Source: the human T2T-CHM13v2.0 reference genome, Homo sapiens
NCBI RefSeq assembly: GCF_009914755.1
Contig: NC_060931.1
Strand: one strand, 5' to 3'
DNA length: 64,000 bases
The stretch's first letter is position 1, and each line of letters begins with the position of its first letter. Made by a program: the position numbers and the translations under genes. This document shows positions 50,281 to 64,000 of this stretch, piece by piece. Under the pieces are notes generated by a model. That model worked only from the letters and a program-made list of their open reading frames with translations. It did no database searches and was not told the DNA's origin.

Positions 50281-52044
50281 CTGAAAATGAAAATAAGATT
50301 TTTGCAGATGAGATAACTCTGATGGATTCAAAAGAAGACTCCACATACTCAATTCTCTCTTCCAATTGGTGCCCCCTCTGCATCACTGTTCTTCAGTTCT
50401 TTAGAGAGCCTTATCATGGCTATAATACACACAGAGTGTCACTGTAGTACAGGGTCTTATCTTATGAGAAACAGGAGTGTGAGCAGAAAAATGCACAGTA
50501 GTGGGCCGAATTTGGATATTCACTTCCAATATCACATTGCATTTTTAGTTTCTGGACACGAAAAATGCAACATAGGACACAAAATAAAAATATTCCACAA
50601 GCACAATACAGAATAAGAGGAAATAGTGGCATTGTTTTCTTTTTGTGTCATCAGTTTTGAATCACGGTAAATTATGCTGCAATACAAATTTTATTTTTTT
50701 AAATGTTGATGCCTTAAATACATAGATTGAAATAGATATTTAATTTTATATTTAAAGTAAAATGGTTCCATCTCAATAATCTGATTTCATAGATTGCTTT
50801 CCTTTTGTTTATAAAGACTATGTTTATAAAGTCACCATTTACATAATTTAAACCTAATATTTACTTGAAATACACATAACAAACCACTAGTCATAAAATG
50901 TAAAATGCAGGTTGTCCTTTATTTTATTTTTGGATCAATAATCTGGTTTAGTAATTATGATTTATATGATAATTTAGACATAAATCTTCACTATCCCTTT
51001 CTCTGAAACTACTTAGATAGCATGCTTGAACATTGTGCTTCTTTGTAGCACGGAATATGCATAAGCCCAGTTCCTTTTGCAGTCCCATTTTTTTCTCCTT
51101 CTAAAGAGAGGTCATACTGCCTACTGAAGAGGCAAATGAAATGAGGGCAAAGACTAAACAACTTTTAATTTAGGGAATATTCTCCATTAATGAATTCCCC
51201 AGAGCATCCTTCAGCTAAGCCACGGGCTTCTCATTCCTCTCTATCAGTATTGGGGAGTTGAAACACTTACAGAGTATTTGCTAGTGCCTGTCTCTCAAAC
51301 CCATTTTGCCAGCTGGAGAGAAGTGTGTAGAAGTTCTAGTCAAATCAGCAATTCTCCTGGACCCTTTCTGATTTCTGATTTTTTCTCCTGTACCTTGTAA
51401 ATCACAGCACAAACCTTTCTTTGTGATTCTGGTATTAGAAAATGTTTTCTTTTTTCAAAGATCACTTTTTTATTTAAGAAATGGAAATGTTATTTATTGG
51501 TTAAATGACAAGCATTCAATAAACAATTATGTGCCCTAGTACTTGTCTATGAAGGGCTAATATATGACACAAATATAAGGCATACAGAAAAAAAATACCT
51601 TCTTTAGAATGGCTTTTAAATTTGCTTTATTATTTTTAAAATAAAGACATACATACATACACAAAAATATAGTTCTATTACTTTTTATGTAATACTTCTT
51701 ATAAAGAAAGAAAATCCACCAATAACTCTCAAAGAGGTCCTGACCTTAAGTATTTAATTATTTCCAAATATCACCAAACGAGTGGCATCAGGGCAGAGAG
51801 GAGAACCACGTGCTTGCACAGACATGCTGAGGTCAGCTAGCAGTGGCACCAGAGCTATAACACCATCCAGTGACATACCCTGTTTGCATCACTGACACCT
51901 TTTTCTTTGCCTTCCCATTCACCTGGTGAAGGGCAGGACACTGGAACAGATGGGTGTAAGAAGTGAAGTAGAAACACATTGACAAGAGTTAGAATGCATT
52001 TTAGAGTCACAAATAACAAGCTATATTCCTAATAATCACATTGA

Positions 52045-53560
52045 TCATATTGATAAATATTTATTGACCACTTCCATGTGCTAAGCACTATTCTAAGCCA
52101 TGAGAATACAGCAATGCATAAAAGAGACAAAACCTTTGCCCTTATGGATCTTACATTCTAGTGGGAGGTGGGAGGGAGGACAGATGTATGCAAAATAAAA
52201 AAGTAAAATGCATAGTATGTTAGAGGGTAATGCATGCTATAAAGAAAAAGAAAACGAGAATGAGGATAAAGAGTGGTAGGGAGCGCTGTGGATGTTGAAA
52301 TTTTAAGTAGTGTGGTCAGAAAAGTCTACACCAAGAAGATGACATTTAAGTAAATACTTAAAAGTAGGGAAAGAGAAGTCCACGCAAGTGCAAAGGTCCT
52401 GAAGCAGTAGCATGTATGGGGTCTATGAGGAACAGCCAAGGAGTTGTGCTAACACTGAGTGGGCCAGGGAGTTAACCAGATCAGGTAATGTATGGCCTTG
52501 TGGACCATCCCAATGACTGCTTTTACCTACAGCCAGATTGGAAGCCAGTGGAAGGCTTGAAGCAAAGAAGTAACAGCTATACAATATTTCTAACATCTGC
52601 TGTAACAGGATCTCTTTGGCTACTAGGCTAAACTAGACTTGGAGAGACAAGGCAGAAGCAGGCAGAGCACTCAGGAGGCTATTACAATCACCATGGGGGG
52701 AGAAGATGGTGGTTTGAACCAGGGTGTTGCCAAAGGAAATGTAGGGAAGAGATTGGACAGTAAATATATTTCAGATATTAAGCTGGCATAGTTTTCTGAC
52801 AGATTGGACAGTGACTGTAAGAGACAGAGGTATAGGATGACTGAGGTTTTTGGACTGAGCAACTTACAGATGGTGCTACCTTCAAGTAAACTGGGGGAGA
52901 CAGGGAGGAACAGAATGAAGGGGAGGATTAGGAGTGGAGCTGTGGATATGTTATTGTTGAGATGCCTACTACACACCAAGTGGAGACACATAGGCAGTTG
53001 GCTATGTGAGTCTAGAACCCGAGGAAGAGGTCTAACCTGGAGGTACACATTTAGGCATCATCCAGGTATAAATATTATAAAGCCAGTGACTAGATGTCAT
53101 CAACAAGGGAAGGAGTGTGAATATCACAGAGAAATGGTGCTGATACTGGGAGCCGAATCACTCCAGTGCAAAGAAGTTGAGGCAACAAGGAGACTAAGAA
53201 GCAGAGACCAGTTAGGTAGGAGGAAAATAAGGAGAATGCAGAGTCCTAAAATCAAATGCAGAAAGAAAATGTTTCAAGGAGGACCTTGTGGTCAGCTGTG
53301 TCAAATTCTGGGTCAAGGGAGAGGAGCACTGTGAACCGACCTTCAGATTTAGCAATTTAGAGAACCTTTAAAGGAGCAGTTTTGGTGAAATCATGGGGTA
53401 GAAAGTCTCACTGGAATGCAACAGAGAGAGAATGAAAGGAGATGCATCAGCAATGACAATTCTTTCAAGGAATGTGCTGTAAAGGGAGGGAGACAAATGA
53501 GGAGGTAGCTGAGAAAGGAAGTGAAGTCAAAGGAAGCTTTTTCATTTGTTTGGTGATGGG
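52045..53560 (-). mobile_element. L2a fragment
   Basis: aaatatttattgaccacttccatgtgctaagcactattcta (L2 3' end, antisense) followed by purine-rich L2 body (ggaggctattacaat, ttttggactgagcaac). Confidence 0.85.
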
Positions 53561-54984
53561 CAGTGAGAAGAGATGTAACATGTTCGTGCCAATATTACAT
53601 GAAGTCCATCTCCTAGTGCAACAAAGATCATTATGGCTGAATAATCTGTACCAAGGGCAACTTCCAAAATGATGGTCCTTGACTGTGGTGCTTGGGGACC
53701 AGTTAACTTTAAATTCCTTAATACAAACTTTTTTTTAGTTATCTTTTATTTTTCTCCTGCAAGTTTGTCCATAATATAGTCATTTACTATAATGACAGAA
53801 AATGTTAAACTACATTATGTTGATGTAAGATAAACACACCAACAGGACCCAAATTCCTCAACCTTGGCAGACTGGGTGAATAAGAAAAAGAGGTTTCCCA
53901 GGCACAGTCCTTTAATACAAAGTTAATCTCATCCTAGATTCCAAGGCCCCCTGCAAAGAACCCATCTCTTCTAGGATTAACAAGAAAAGAATTATTATTC
54001 AATAAGAAAGTGTCCTACTGTTTGGGACTGCTGACTCCTGTCACTTTGCAGCAAGTACGCTCACCTCGATGGGGACTTTGAGTTCTCTATTCTCTCCAAG
54101 CCAGAGGGCCTGGGAGAGGATTCAGCCCCTGTGGGGCATTTCACACTGTGAAGCTGCCTCAGCTCTACTCATTAAGATGAAACTCCTATGAAAGAAGGTG
54201 CTTTATTTTCTATTGATTGGTTGTAATGTGATTGAACTTAGAGTTTCTGAACAACCCACTGTTTTGAACTCCAAGGTACATTTTCCCCGCAAAGGAAAAA
54301 GGAATTATTATTCATTTAATCAAAGGAAGAGTAAACCTACCAAATCCTACTAAAACAACTACTCACAAAAAAGATGAGCCAATGAAGCATAAAATAGAAA
54401 CAAGAAGTAGAATTATTTAGGTTGTGATGTCCCTTATTCAACTTCCTGATTCTAGGAATTTCAAAGTACAGGAGTACCAACATTCATGTATTTTCAAGCT
54501 TAATATACCAAAACATAAACATTTGCACTTTCTATTCATTTTCTGAGTTCTACTCTAGCATAGTTTATTTTTCTGTTGGTATATATTGAAAGGGAAAAAG
54601 GAAAAGATATTAATAATCATACTATTCATCCTCAGAGCACCACGTACTTCCGCTTCGTACTTAACAGGTATAATTCATTACTTTTATTCATGCACTGCTT
54701 TGATTAATGTTTGTCTGTCTTATTAGGTGGTGAGCTGATGAGGACAGTGATCGTTCTCCCTCCTCAAGGCACTGATTTATTTTTAGTGCCAAACATAGTA
54801 CTTAGCAAATGGGAAGTATTTTTATTTTTAAAAATAAAAATATTTTTAAATGGATAATGAAAAAAAATTGAGAGGAAGGAACCAAAGAAAGGAAGGATAA
54901 AAAGAAAGAGAGATGAAGTGGAGGAAGAGGGAAAAAGGAAAGAGGCAGGGAAGTTAACTGGCTTCCAATGTGTGATTATTGCAG

Positions 54985-55145
54985 ATCTAGCTCTGTATTT
55001 GCTATTTTATATGCACCACCCCAATTAATCCTCACAAAAAAGTATTATCAAGCCTATTTTACAGAATTAAGAACTGAGACACAAAAAGGTTGCAGTCACA
55101 GCACTGGCATGTAGCAGCTAGACCATAGTCCTGTCTGAATCTGCA
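54985..55145 (-). mobile_element. MIR
   Basis: ttaatcctcacaa...tattatc...attttacaga..aagaactgagacacaaaaaggtt. Confidence 0.65.
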
Positions 55146-55250
55146 GTGGATCTGCCTCTCTCCTTTCTGCTATACTGGAGCAACAGAAATAGCAACATGG
55201 CAGAGAAAGGCCAGAAAGGAGATGAAAAATATAACCATCTGTAAATAGAA

Positions 55251-55403
55251 GGATGCGTGCGGTGGTTCATGCCTGTAATGCCAGCTCTTTGGGATGCCGA
55301 GATGGGTGGTGGATGCCTGTAGTCCCAGCTACTGGGGAGACTGAGGCGAGAGGATGCTTGAGCCCAAGAAGTTGAGGCTGCAGTCAGCTGTGATTGCACC
55401 ACT
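55251..55403 (+). mobile_element. AluJ with large internal deletion and 3' truncation
   Basis: Left-arm start joined directly to right-arm gcctgtagtcccagctact; ends at gcaccact. Confidence 0.85.
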
Positions 55404-55654
55404 AAAAGAAAATAGACAAAAAGGATCTTTCCTGTCTGCTTTGAAGGAATTAGACTCAGAACTGAAGCTTGACAAGCCATGTTGATGCCTCCTTTCCTAA
55501 GCCTATTTGTGTGTAGGGTCTCTGGCTTCCTGCAATAATTGTCTTCATTTCCCAGAATTCTGAAAAAGTTTGGCTCTGTTTCTTATCAACACACTTTGGT
55601 GGGGCGGAGCCACCTCAGCTTGATATTTTAGGATACAACCCTTTTAATGTTGGA

Positions 55655-55676
55655 CACCTATATCTAGATATAGGTG
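55655..55676. repeat. Perfect 22-bp palindrome
   Basis: cacctatatctagatataggtg is its own reverse complement. Confidence 0.97.
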
Positions 55677-56514
55677 ATCTTTACAAAGTATTGTCATGTG
55701 CATGTAGACTGTATAGCGTGGCACCTGGGTTTAATTAAGACAGGCACAATCCATAAATAAATAATGATGACTTATAAATCCTTTCTTCTATTGAAAAGGG
55801 CTAAATACAGAACCAAGTTGGAGGACCGGCATCTCTTCCTATGCGAGCCTGGCCATGTATAATGACAAGTCCAAATGAAGATGCCTCTGTTCCAGTGGAA
55901 CTATAGATATTTTTTTCATAATAATGTTGTACTGCCTCCAATTATGAAATGACTACATCTAAAAGGGGTTAGAAGGACCACCATAATTCTATTTCATGTT
56001 GACATTATTACCCCCAATGATGCCTACCACACTCTGAGGTGTTTGCCCTTGTGCTGTACTGGTAAACTGGCTAACGCTGAAGTTGACCGTCAGCATTGGG
56101 CATACTCAGAAGTATGACCTAGACTACCACTACTCCCTAAACCCATTACCTGTCTGTGCAGTGACACCAATCCAGCCATGTTTTATTATGTTTCTCTACC
56201 TTTGCTCCAGGTTGGAATACAGTTTAATATTCCTGTCATTTCTCCCTAACCTCAACCTCAAGTTCCAGTTTAAATCTGACCTCCTTTCTGAATTACTGTA
56301 GCACTTTTGGTCTTCTCCTCCTTGGCCAACCTCCTCTGCCTACCACACACATTTTAGCAAATACTGTAAACTGGATTGATGACTAGATCCTTGATTTCCC
56401 AGCAAAGTTTGCAAATTCCTTAGGGGTATAGTTCTTATCTCATTACTGAGTACTCCACGATGCTAAATACATGATGTAGCATGATTTTGTTTTATAAAAA
56501 TCGAAACAGAAAAA

Positions 56515-56588
56515 AAGCTCAGTTCAAACTGTTATATATGTATATTAGTTTTATATATATTATATATATATTAGTTTGAACTGAGCTT
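56515..56588. repeat. Hairpin: perfect 16-bp inverted repeat around a 42-nt TA-rich loop
   Basis: aagctcagttcaaact (56515-56530) / agtttgaactgagctt (56573-56588). Confidence 0.95.
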
Positions 56589-57180
56589 GATATTTCAATG
56601 GCTTGTTTTATATATGTATCCCATAAGTTTACTGCCTGACTTGCCCACTTTAATTTTAAGAAACAACAACAAAATGCAGAAAAAGTATGTTTGTCCTTAA
56701 TTATAAGAAATATTTGGCAATAGAAAACATGCTAAGTTTAATATTTTATATTTTCTCTGCCAATGAGACTATGAAATTTCACACTTTATGTCAGACATAT
56801 TTTGTGAAGGAGTGCCAGTGGATTGTCACATAAGCTGGTTGTCTACTATAATATCTGATGCTTTTTAAGAAGGAGAGTAATTGGGTTAGATTTAAATTAG
56901 TGTGTTTTTAGTAATCCTCAAATGTATATGCCTTCAAGTGAAACTATAATGAAGAAAAGGAAGAAATAGCAAATGCATATGTGAACTTAATAAATACATT
57001 TGTTGATTATGATGATGGTGATGATGATGACAGCGGAAATGGAAATTTCATTTTCTTCTTCTACAGAAAGCCTTCCAATCCGTTCCCTCTGCACTTAAAG
57101 CTATTGATTTATTTATTTTTTACTAAAGTTTGTGATGATATAAGATTAATCAGAATGCAAAGTATCTCAAAGTAGAAGGA

Positions 57181-57240
57181 CACTGAGTAGTTTATAGATG
57201 GAAGTTGATTGACCACTGAGTAGTTTATAGATGGAAGTTG
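57181..57240. repeat. Perfect 27-bp direct duplication (period 33)
   Basis: cactgagtagtttatagatggaagttg at 57181-57207 and 57214-57240. Confidence 0.95.
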
Positions 57241-57859
57241 CTATGAGTTGATTTCAAAAAGAGGTGTAAAATGAAATGCCAAAATAAATCAAAGAGTCAA
57301 CTAATCCTCATATAAGGGGCACCACTGACTTGAGTTTCATATTACATCAATCCTTTTATTTAATAGCTTCAATGGAAACCACTCCTGGGAACATCAAACA
57401 AGGCAGCCAGCCAGAAACGTCATTATCCCAAGCAACATTTCTATTGCATAAAGCTACTTAACTCAAACTACAATTTATTTTCAGAAAAAGCTGGTTTTAC
57501 TTTTCTTGGACAACCCAATATTATATTATTTTCCATAAAGATTGCAGACAAACATACTTGGTCGGTAATGAATAGGTAAAAGGAAATCATTTCACTGTAT
57601 TAAAATACATTTTTTCCTCAAGAGAAAAATACAGTCTGATCTGAAGGCTAAATGAGCATTTTGCTAAGACTGCCAGGGCCAAGATTACTTTAGTCATTCC
57701 CATGGCCAATTAGGAGTGTCCTTCAAAGATCCTACCCAGCATGTATTCTTTTGATGGAAGTATTCTGTGACTTCTTAGGTTGTACTGCCATACTAAATTT
57801 GGCCATGTTACAAAACTGTGTGAACTAAACCCAAACCATAAATTGTATTGTTTGATCAA

Positions 57860-58258
57860 TGCTATGGTTTGAACGTGTTCTCCAAAGTTCATATGCTGGA
57901 AACTTACTATCCAATACAACAGTGTTGGGAGGTGGGGCCTAAAAAGAAGTGATTAAGTCATGAGGGTTCTGCTATCATACATGGATTAATGTCCTTACCA
58001 CCAGAGTGCATTAGTTACTGTCAGAGGTTCTTGTTATGAAAGTGAGTTCTTCAGCCACCACTTGCTCTCTTGCTCTTGCGTTTTCTTGCCCTTCTGTCTT
58101 CTGCCTTAGAATGACAAAGCACAAAACCCCTCACCAGATGCCAGCACCATGCTCTTGGACTTCCCAGCCTTCAGCATCAGGAGCCAAATAAACCTCTATA
58201 GTTTATAAATTCTCAGTCTCAGGTATTCCATTACAGCAACACAAAATAGATTAAAACA
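57860..58258 (+). mobile_element. MSTC/MSTD-like MaLR solo LTR
   Basis: tgctatggtttgaacgtg...caaagttcatatgctggaaactta...cccctcaccagatgccagcaccatgctcttggacttcccagcc...agcaacacaaaatagattaaaaca. Confidence 0.88.
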
Positions 58259-59299
58259 GTCAGTAAATAAAATGCTTCTAGATCATCAAGTAAATCTAAT
58301 TAAATATTTTAAAACTTAGAGTTCCATATATCTGCAAATAACGACATTATCTTCTTTTTAACTTGAGAACATTCAATTTTACACAGCTTTTGAATCTCTG
58401 AGTCAGTAAAACGGTCATCATTTTTCTCCCAGGAAGAGAACATGTTGAGGGGATCAATCTTCCCTAAGCACTAATAAATGAGTGAGTTTTCATTCTAATT
58501 ACAGATATGGTTTATGTGTTTTCTCCTTTCAGCTGTGATTGCTATAGGGTAAAGAAATCAGAGGATAACTTTTTATACTGCAACCAATAATTTTTGCATT
58601 ACTTAACTAAGTATCTTTCCAGTTTTGATTTCTCAAATGCCAACCACTTAAAAGTTAATATTTTAATGTTTTTTCTTCCTAGATGGGTAAAAGAATTCCC
58701 TTTTAGATTTATCTAGGTATGTGAAGATTTTTTTTATTATAATTATTTGTTTTAGAAACTAAAGTAGAGCTTGAGGATATTTTAAAAGAACACCAGAATT
58801 CCTCATAACAAAGAGTCCCTAGTCTGATATGCTAAACAGGATTTAACAGCTTTTACAGAGTATAATTTTTTTGCTGTATACTTTAATATGAAATTCATGC
58901 ATGTGATGATATACAGATTATCCTTCAGAGAAATTACATAAAAACATGAAAGGATATAAAATGCAAAAATGTAGGGAAGCAGTAAGTTTACCCCAGTGGA
59001 CCAACTGCAAGAGAATAAAAAGTAGAAGCTGTGGGGATAATGATAAGATAATGCTAAGAACAATTAGCAAAGCTATGACATAGAGTTAAAGTGGAAGCAC
59101 CACGCCACTGAACAATAAAATATAATTGGAAGGACCTAAGATTGAAGAAATATTCTTAACATTATGTATCAAGTGGTGTCAAATAAAATTAGTGGACATT
59201 TTAGAAAATAATAAAGAGACTTCATTTACTGGTCACCCAATCGTGGTCATAGATTTTTAAACATCACATCACTATATGTATTTCTTTTAAAAATGTTAA

Positions 59300-59587
<288 letters not shown>

Positions 59588-59644
59588 AACCTTTTATCCT
59601 TTTAATACATTTGGAGACCCTTTGTCTCTCACAGAGCATCTATA

Positions 59645-59910
59645 GCAAATTACTTAAGAGCATGCATACTGGAGCCAGGTGGTGGGCTTAAGTTTAAGCT
59701 CAATTGCTTGCTAATAAGGAAATTCTGGACAATGTTCTAAAACTCTTTGTGGCTCAGTTTCCCAATTTGTTACATATAAGTAATAATAATAGTGTCCACT
59801 TTACAAGCTTGTTATGAGGATTAAATGAGATGATACATATAAAACAGTAAGAAAAAGTGCCTGGCAGGCATTACACTGTCAGTCAGTTTCAGCTATTTGT
59901 GATTACTATG
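59645..59910 (+). mobile_element. MIR
   Basis: ttaagagcatgcatactggagccag...ctcagtttccc...gttgttatgaggattaaatgagatgata-like core. Confidence 0.8.
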
Positions 59911-60345
59911 AGCTATAAGCTAGTCTACATACTATTTCAGGTTGAAATAATGAAGGAAATTATTCATGCACAAAATCATTCAACAAATATTTGATGAGTA
60001 CCTACTGGTACTAGACTGTGTCATTAATTGAGCAGATTAGTGCAAATCCTAATGTCAGACCCAAAAGGTAGACCAGCTTTCCAGATCACAGTTACCCCAC
60101 AAAAGGAATTTGGCAATAGATTCTGCTATGTATTTCATCCTTACCACCAATAAATCAGCTGTGTTCTTTGGGTTCAAAAGATGGGAAAATAAGAACATAC
60201 CACTGTGACTTTTCAAAAATTCATGTAGGTATTTCTGTTATATTTAAAAAGTCTTTAAATTTAATAAGAATTTAACTTATTAAAACAGGAGACTTGTTGA
60301 GATGGGAGATGATTAAAGTCTAGCACATGAAAATGGTATTAAATC

Positions 60346-61650
<1,305 letters not shown>

Positions 61651-62203
61651 CATATGGCTAATTCATATAAGTTTAAACACTTGTAAAGTTATCTTTGTTC
61701 AACTAACTCCCCTGAAGTTGCCCCAGACCTTATTGAAGCTGGTGTGACACATCTTAACTGAGAGACAGCCTGCTCAATTTACAAAGCCACATTTCTATTT
61801 GTGGACGTCACATAAGGCTTAACATCATAAACAGGCTATCTCTTAGTCTTTTCTTTGTTTGAAGCCAATAGCCCATTTAGATATGCTCTTACAACCCATG
61901 ACATAAATAATCATCAAAACATTATGGCCCCTTTCAACATCAAACTTTGGAGAATTTAAAAAATAGAAAAATTTATTAAAGTTAAGACAATTTTAATTGC
62001 TGGGCAAGGTCCTTCATGAAATAAACAAATGTTGAAATCAATTCTTTCAGTTCTCTAGGTGTAGTACAAGCTGTTTTTTGATGGTTAAGATTTATTTGTT
62101 CAGTAAGTATTTATTGAACATAGATTTCTAAAGAGTCATGAAAGGGAAGACAATAGCTAATAAATGTAATGCTAAAAAATGTCTGTAGAATCCATTATGC
62201 TCT

Positions 62204-62585
62204 GTGTCAAGCTTAGTTTAGGATGTGTAACATTAAAAAGATAGAAGTATATTTGACTCTTACATAAAGGGAAGTAGACAGCTGATGTGATGACTCCATA
62301 AAATCTTCAGGGCCCCAGGCTCTTTCCATGTCATTACTCTCCTACCCTCAGGGTGTGGCACTGGTACTCGTGGGTGAAGTAGGATGCGGGAGTTCCAGCT
62401 TTTACATTTGTGTTCAAAGTAGCAGATGATAGAAAGGGGAAAAATAAAGAAGTTCCCTGTCCCTTTTAAGGGAAGTTCACAAAAGTTCTTTTCAACATTT
62501 CTGCATATATTTCACTGGCCAGAGCTTAGACCCATGGTCATAGCTAGCTGGACTAATAACCTAGTTGAATGGCTGTAATGCCTAG

Positions 62586-62625
<40 letters not shown>

Positions 62626-62695
62626 AGAATTCTAGTTCTGTTACTAAGGAAAATAGGTGTTAGTTTTATTAGGAGGTAAATAGCAATTTCCACCA
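62204..62695 (-). mobile_element. MLT1I/J-like MaLR LTR remnant containing A36
   Basis: cagggccccaggctctttccat...tttcactggccagagcttag...cctagctaaaa...ttctgttactaagg. Confidence 0.7.
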
Positions 62696-62844
62696 TATTT
62701 AAAGTCTTCAAAGCTCTTCCTGCCTGATAGGGAGACTGGAACAAGAAGCAAAGTAGGCGCTAGGTGAATTTAGAATGGAAATTAGGATAGCCAAGTGCTC
62801 ATATTCAAAAGGAGGCTCATCTTTTCTAAATCAGTTGCCTGGGA

Positions 62845-64000
62845 AATCCTAAGCAAAAATAACAAAGCTGGAGGCATCACGCTACCCAAATTCAAACTGT
62901 ACTACAAGGCTACAGTAACCAAAACAGCTTGGTACTGGTATAAAAACAGACACACAGACCAATGAAACAGAATGGAGAGCCCAGAAATAAAGCCACACAC
63001 CTACAACCATCTGATCTTCGACAAAGCTGACAAAACAAGCAGGAGGAAAGGACTCCTTATTTAATAAATGGTGTTGGGAAAAGTGGCTGGCCATGTGCAG
63101 AAGATTGAAACTGGGGGGTGGGACCCCTCCTTACACCATATATAAAAATTAACTCAAGAAAGATTAAAGACTTAAATGTAAAACTCAAAACTCTCAAAAC
63201 CCTGGAAGACAACGTAGGCAATGCCATTCTGGACATAGAAAAAAGCAGTGATTTCATGATGAAGATGCCGAAAGCAATTGCAACAAAAGCAAAAATTGAC
63301 AAATAAGATTTAATTGAACTAATCTTCTGTACAGCAAGAGAAACATCAACAGAGTAAACAAACACTCCACAGAATGAAAGAACATTTTCAAAAACTATGT
63401 ACCTGACAAATGTCTAATATCCAGCATCTGAGAGGAACTTAAACAAATTTACAAGAAAAAAAAACATTAAAAAGTGGGCAAAGGACATGAACACTTTAAA
63501 AGAAGACATACATGTGACCAACAAGCATATAAGAAAAACTCAACATCAGTGATCATTGGAGAAATGCAAATCAAAACCACAGTTAGATACCATCCCACAC
63601 CATTCCGTATGGCTATTACTAAAAAGTCAAAAACATAGCAGATGTTTGTGAGGTTGCAGAAAAAAGGAATGCTTATATGCAGTTGATAGGAGTGTAAATT
63701 CGTTCAACCATTGTGGAATGCAGTGTGGTGATTTCTCAAAGAGCTAAAAACGGAACTACCAGTCAACCCAGCAATCTCATTACTGGGTATATTCCCAAAG
63801 CAATATAAATCATTCTCTCATAAAGACACATGCACGTGAATGTTTATTGCAGCACTATTCACAATAGCAAAGACATAGAATCAACCTAAATGTCCATCAA
63901 TAGTAGACTGGATAAAGAATATGTGGTACATATACACCATGGAATACTATGCAGCCATAAAAAAGAATGAGATCATGTTCTTTGCAGGAACATGGATGGA
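62845..64000 (+). mobile_element. 5'-truncated L1PA13-16/L1PB ORF2 3' region, running off the window end
   Basis: atcctaagcaaaaataacaaagctggaggcatcac...; peptide [36 protein letters not shown]...[14 protein letters not shown] matches L1 ORF2p. Confidence 0.95.

Noticed and set aside
52804-53334. 176-aa ORF as a gene
   Set aside because: Lies within an antisense L2 remnant; purine-rich, non-ATG start, no recognisable domain.

Overview
Primate (human-like) AT-rich, CpG-poor genomic DNA, intronic or intergenic. I found no recognisable protein-coding gene and cannot name the locus from sequence alone. The long ORFs in the track come mainly from L1, Alu, L2 or simple repeats. Annotatable content: 13 Alu/FLAM copies (several with clear TSDs), a rearranged L1PA5/6-like element with an intact 5'UTR, older L1/L2/MIR fragments, LTRs (MER50, MER34-like, MLT1, MST), DNA-transposon MITEs (MER1A, MER1B, MER8, MER58B), a U6 retrocopy and a 49-bp minisatellite. 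Most unusual: (i) a ~295-bp, ~92%-identical inverted duplication of non-Alu DNA at 1.9-3.1 kb; (ii) an L1 whose 5'UTR+ORF1 is fused to a circularly permuted 244-bp ORF2 piece with 21-bp terminal redundancy and no polyA/TSD; (iii) several well-formed minus-strand exon candidates, including 21- and 24-nt microexons; (iv) an E-box/M-box-bearing VNTR just behind a TATA box; (v) several perfect fold-back and direct micro-duplications. I do not see a clear new multi-gene system. Repeat subfamily names are from recalled consensus sequences and need RepeatMasker/Dfam confirmation.
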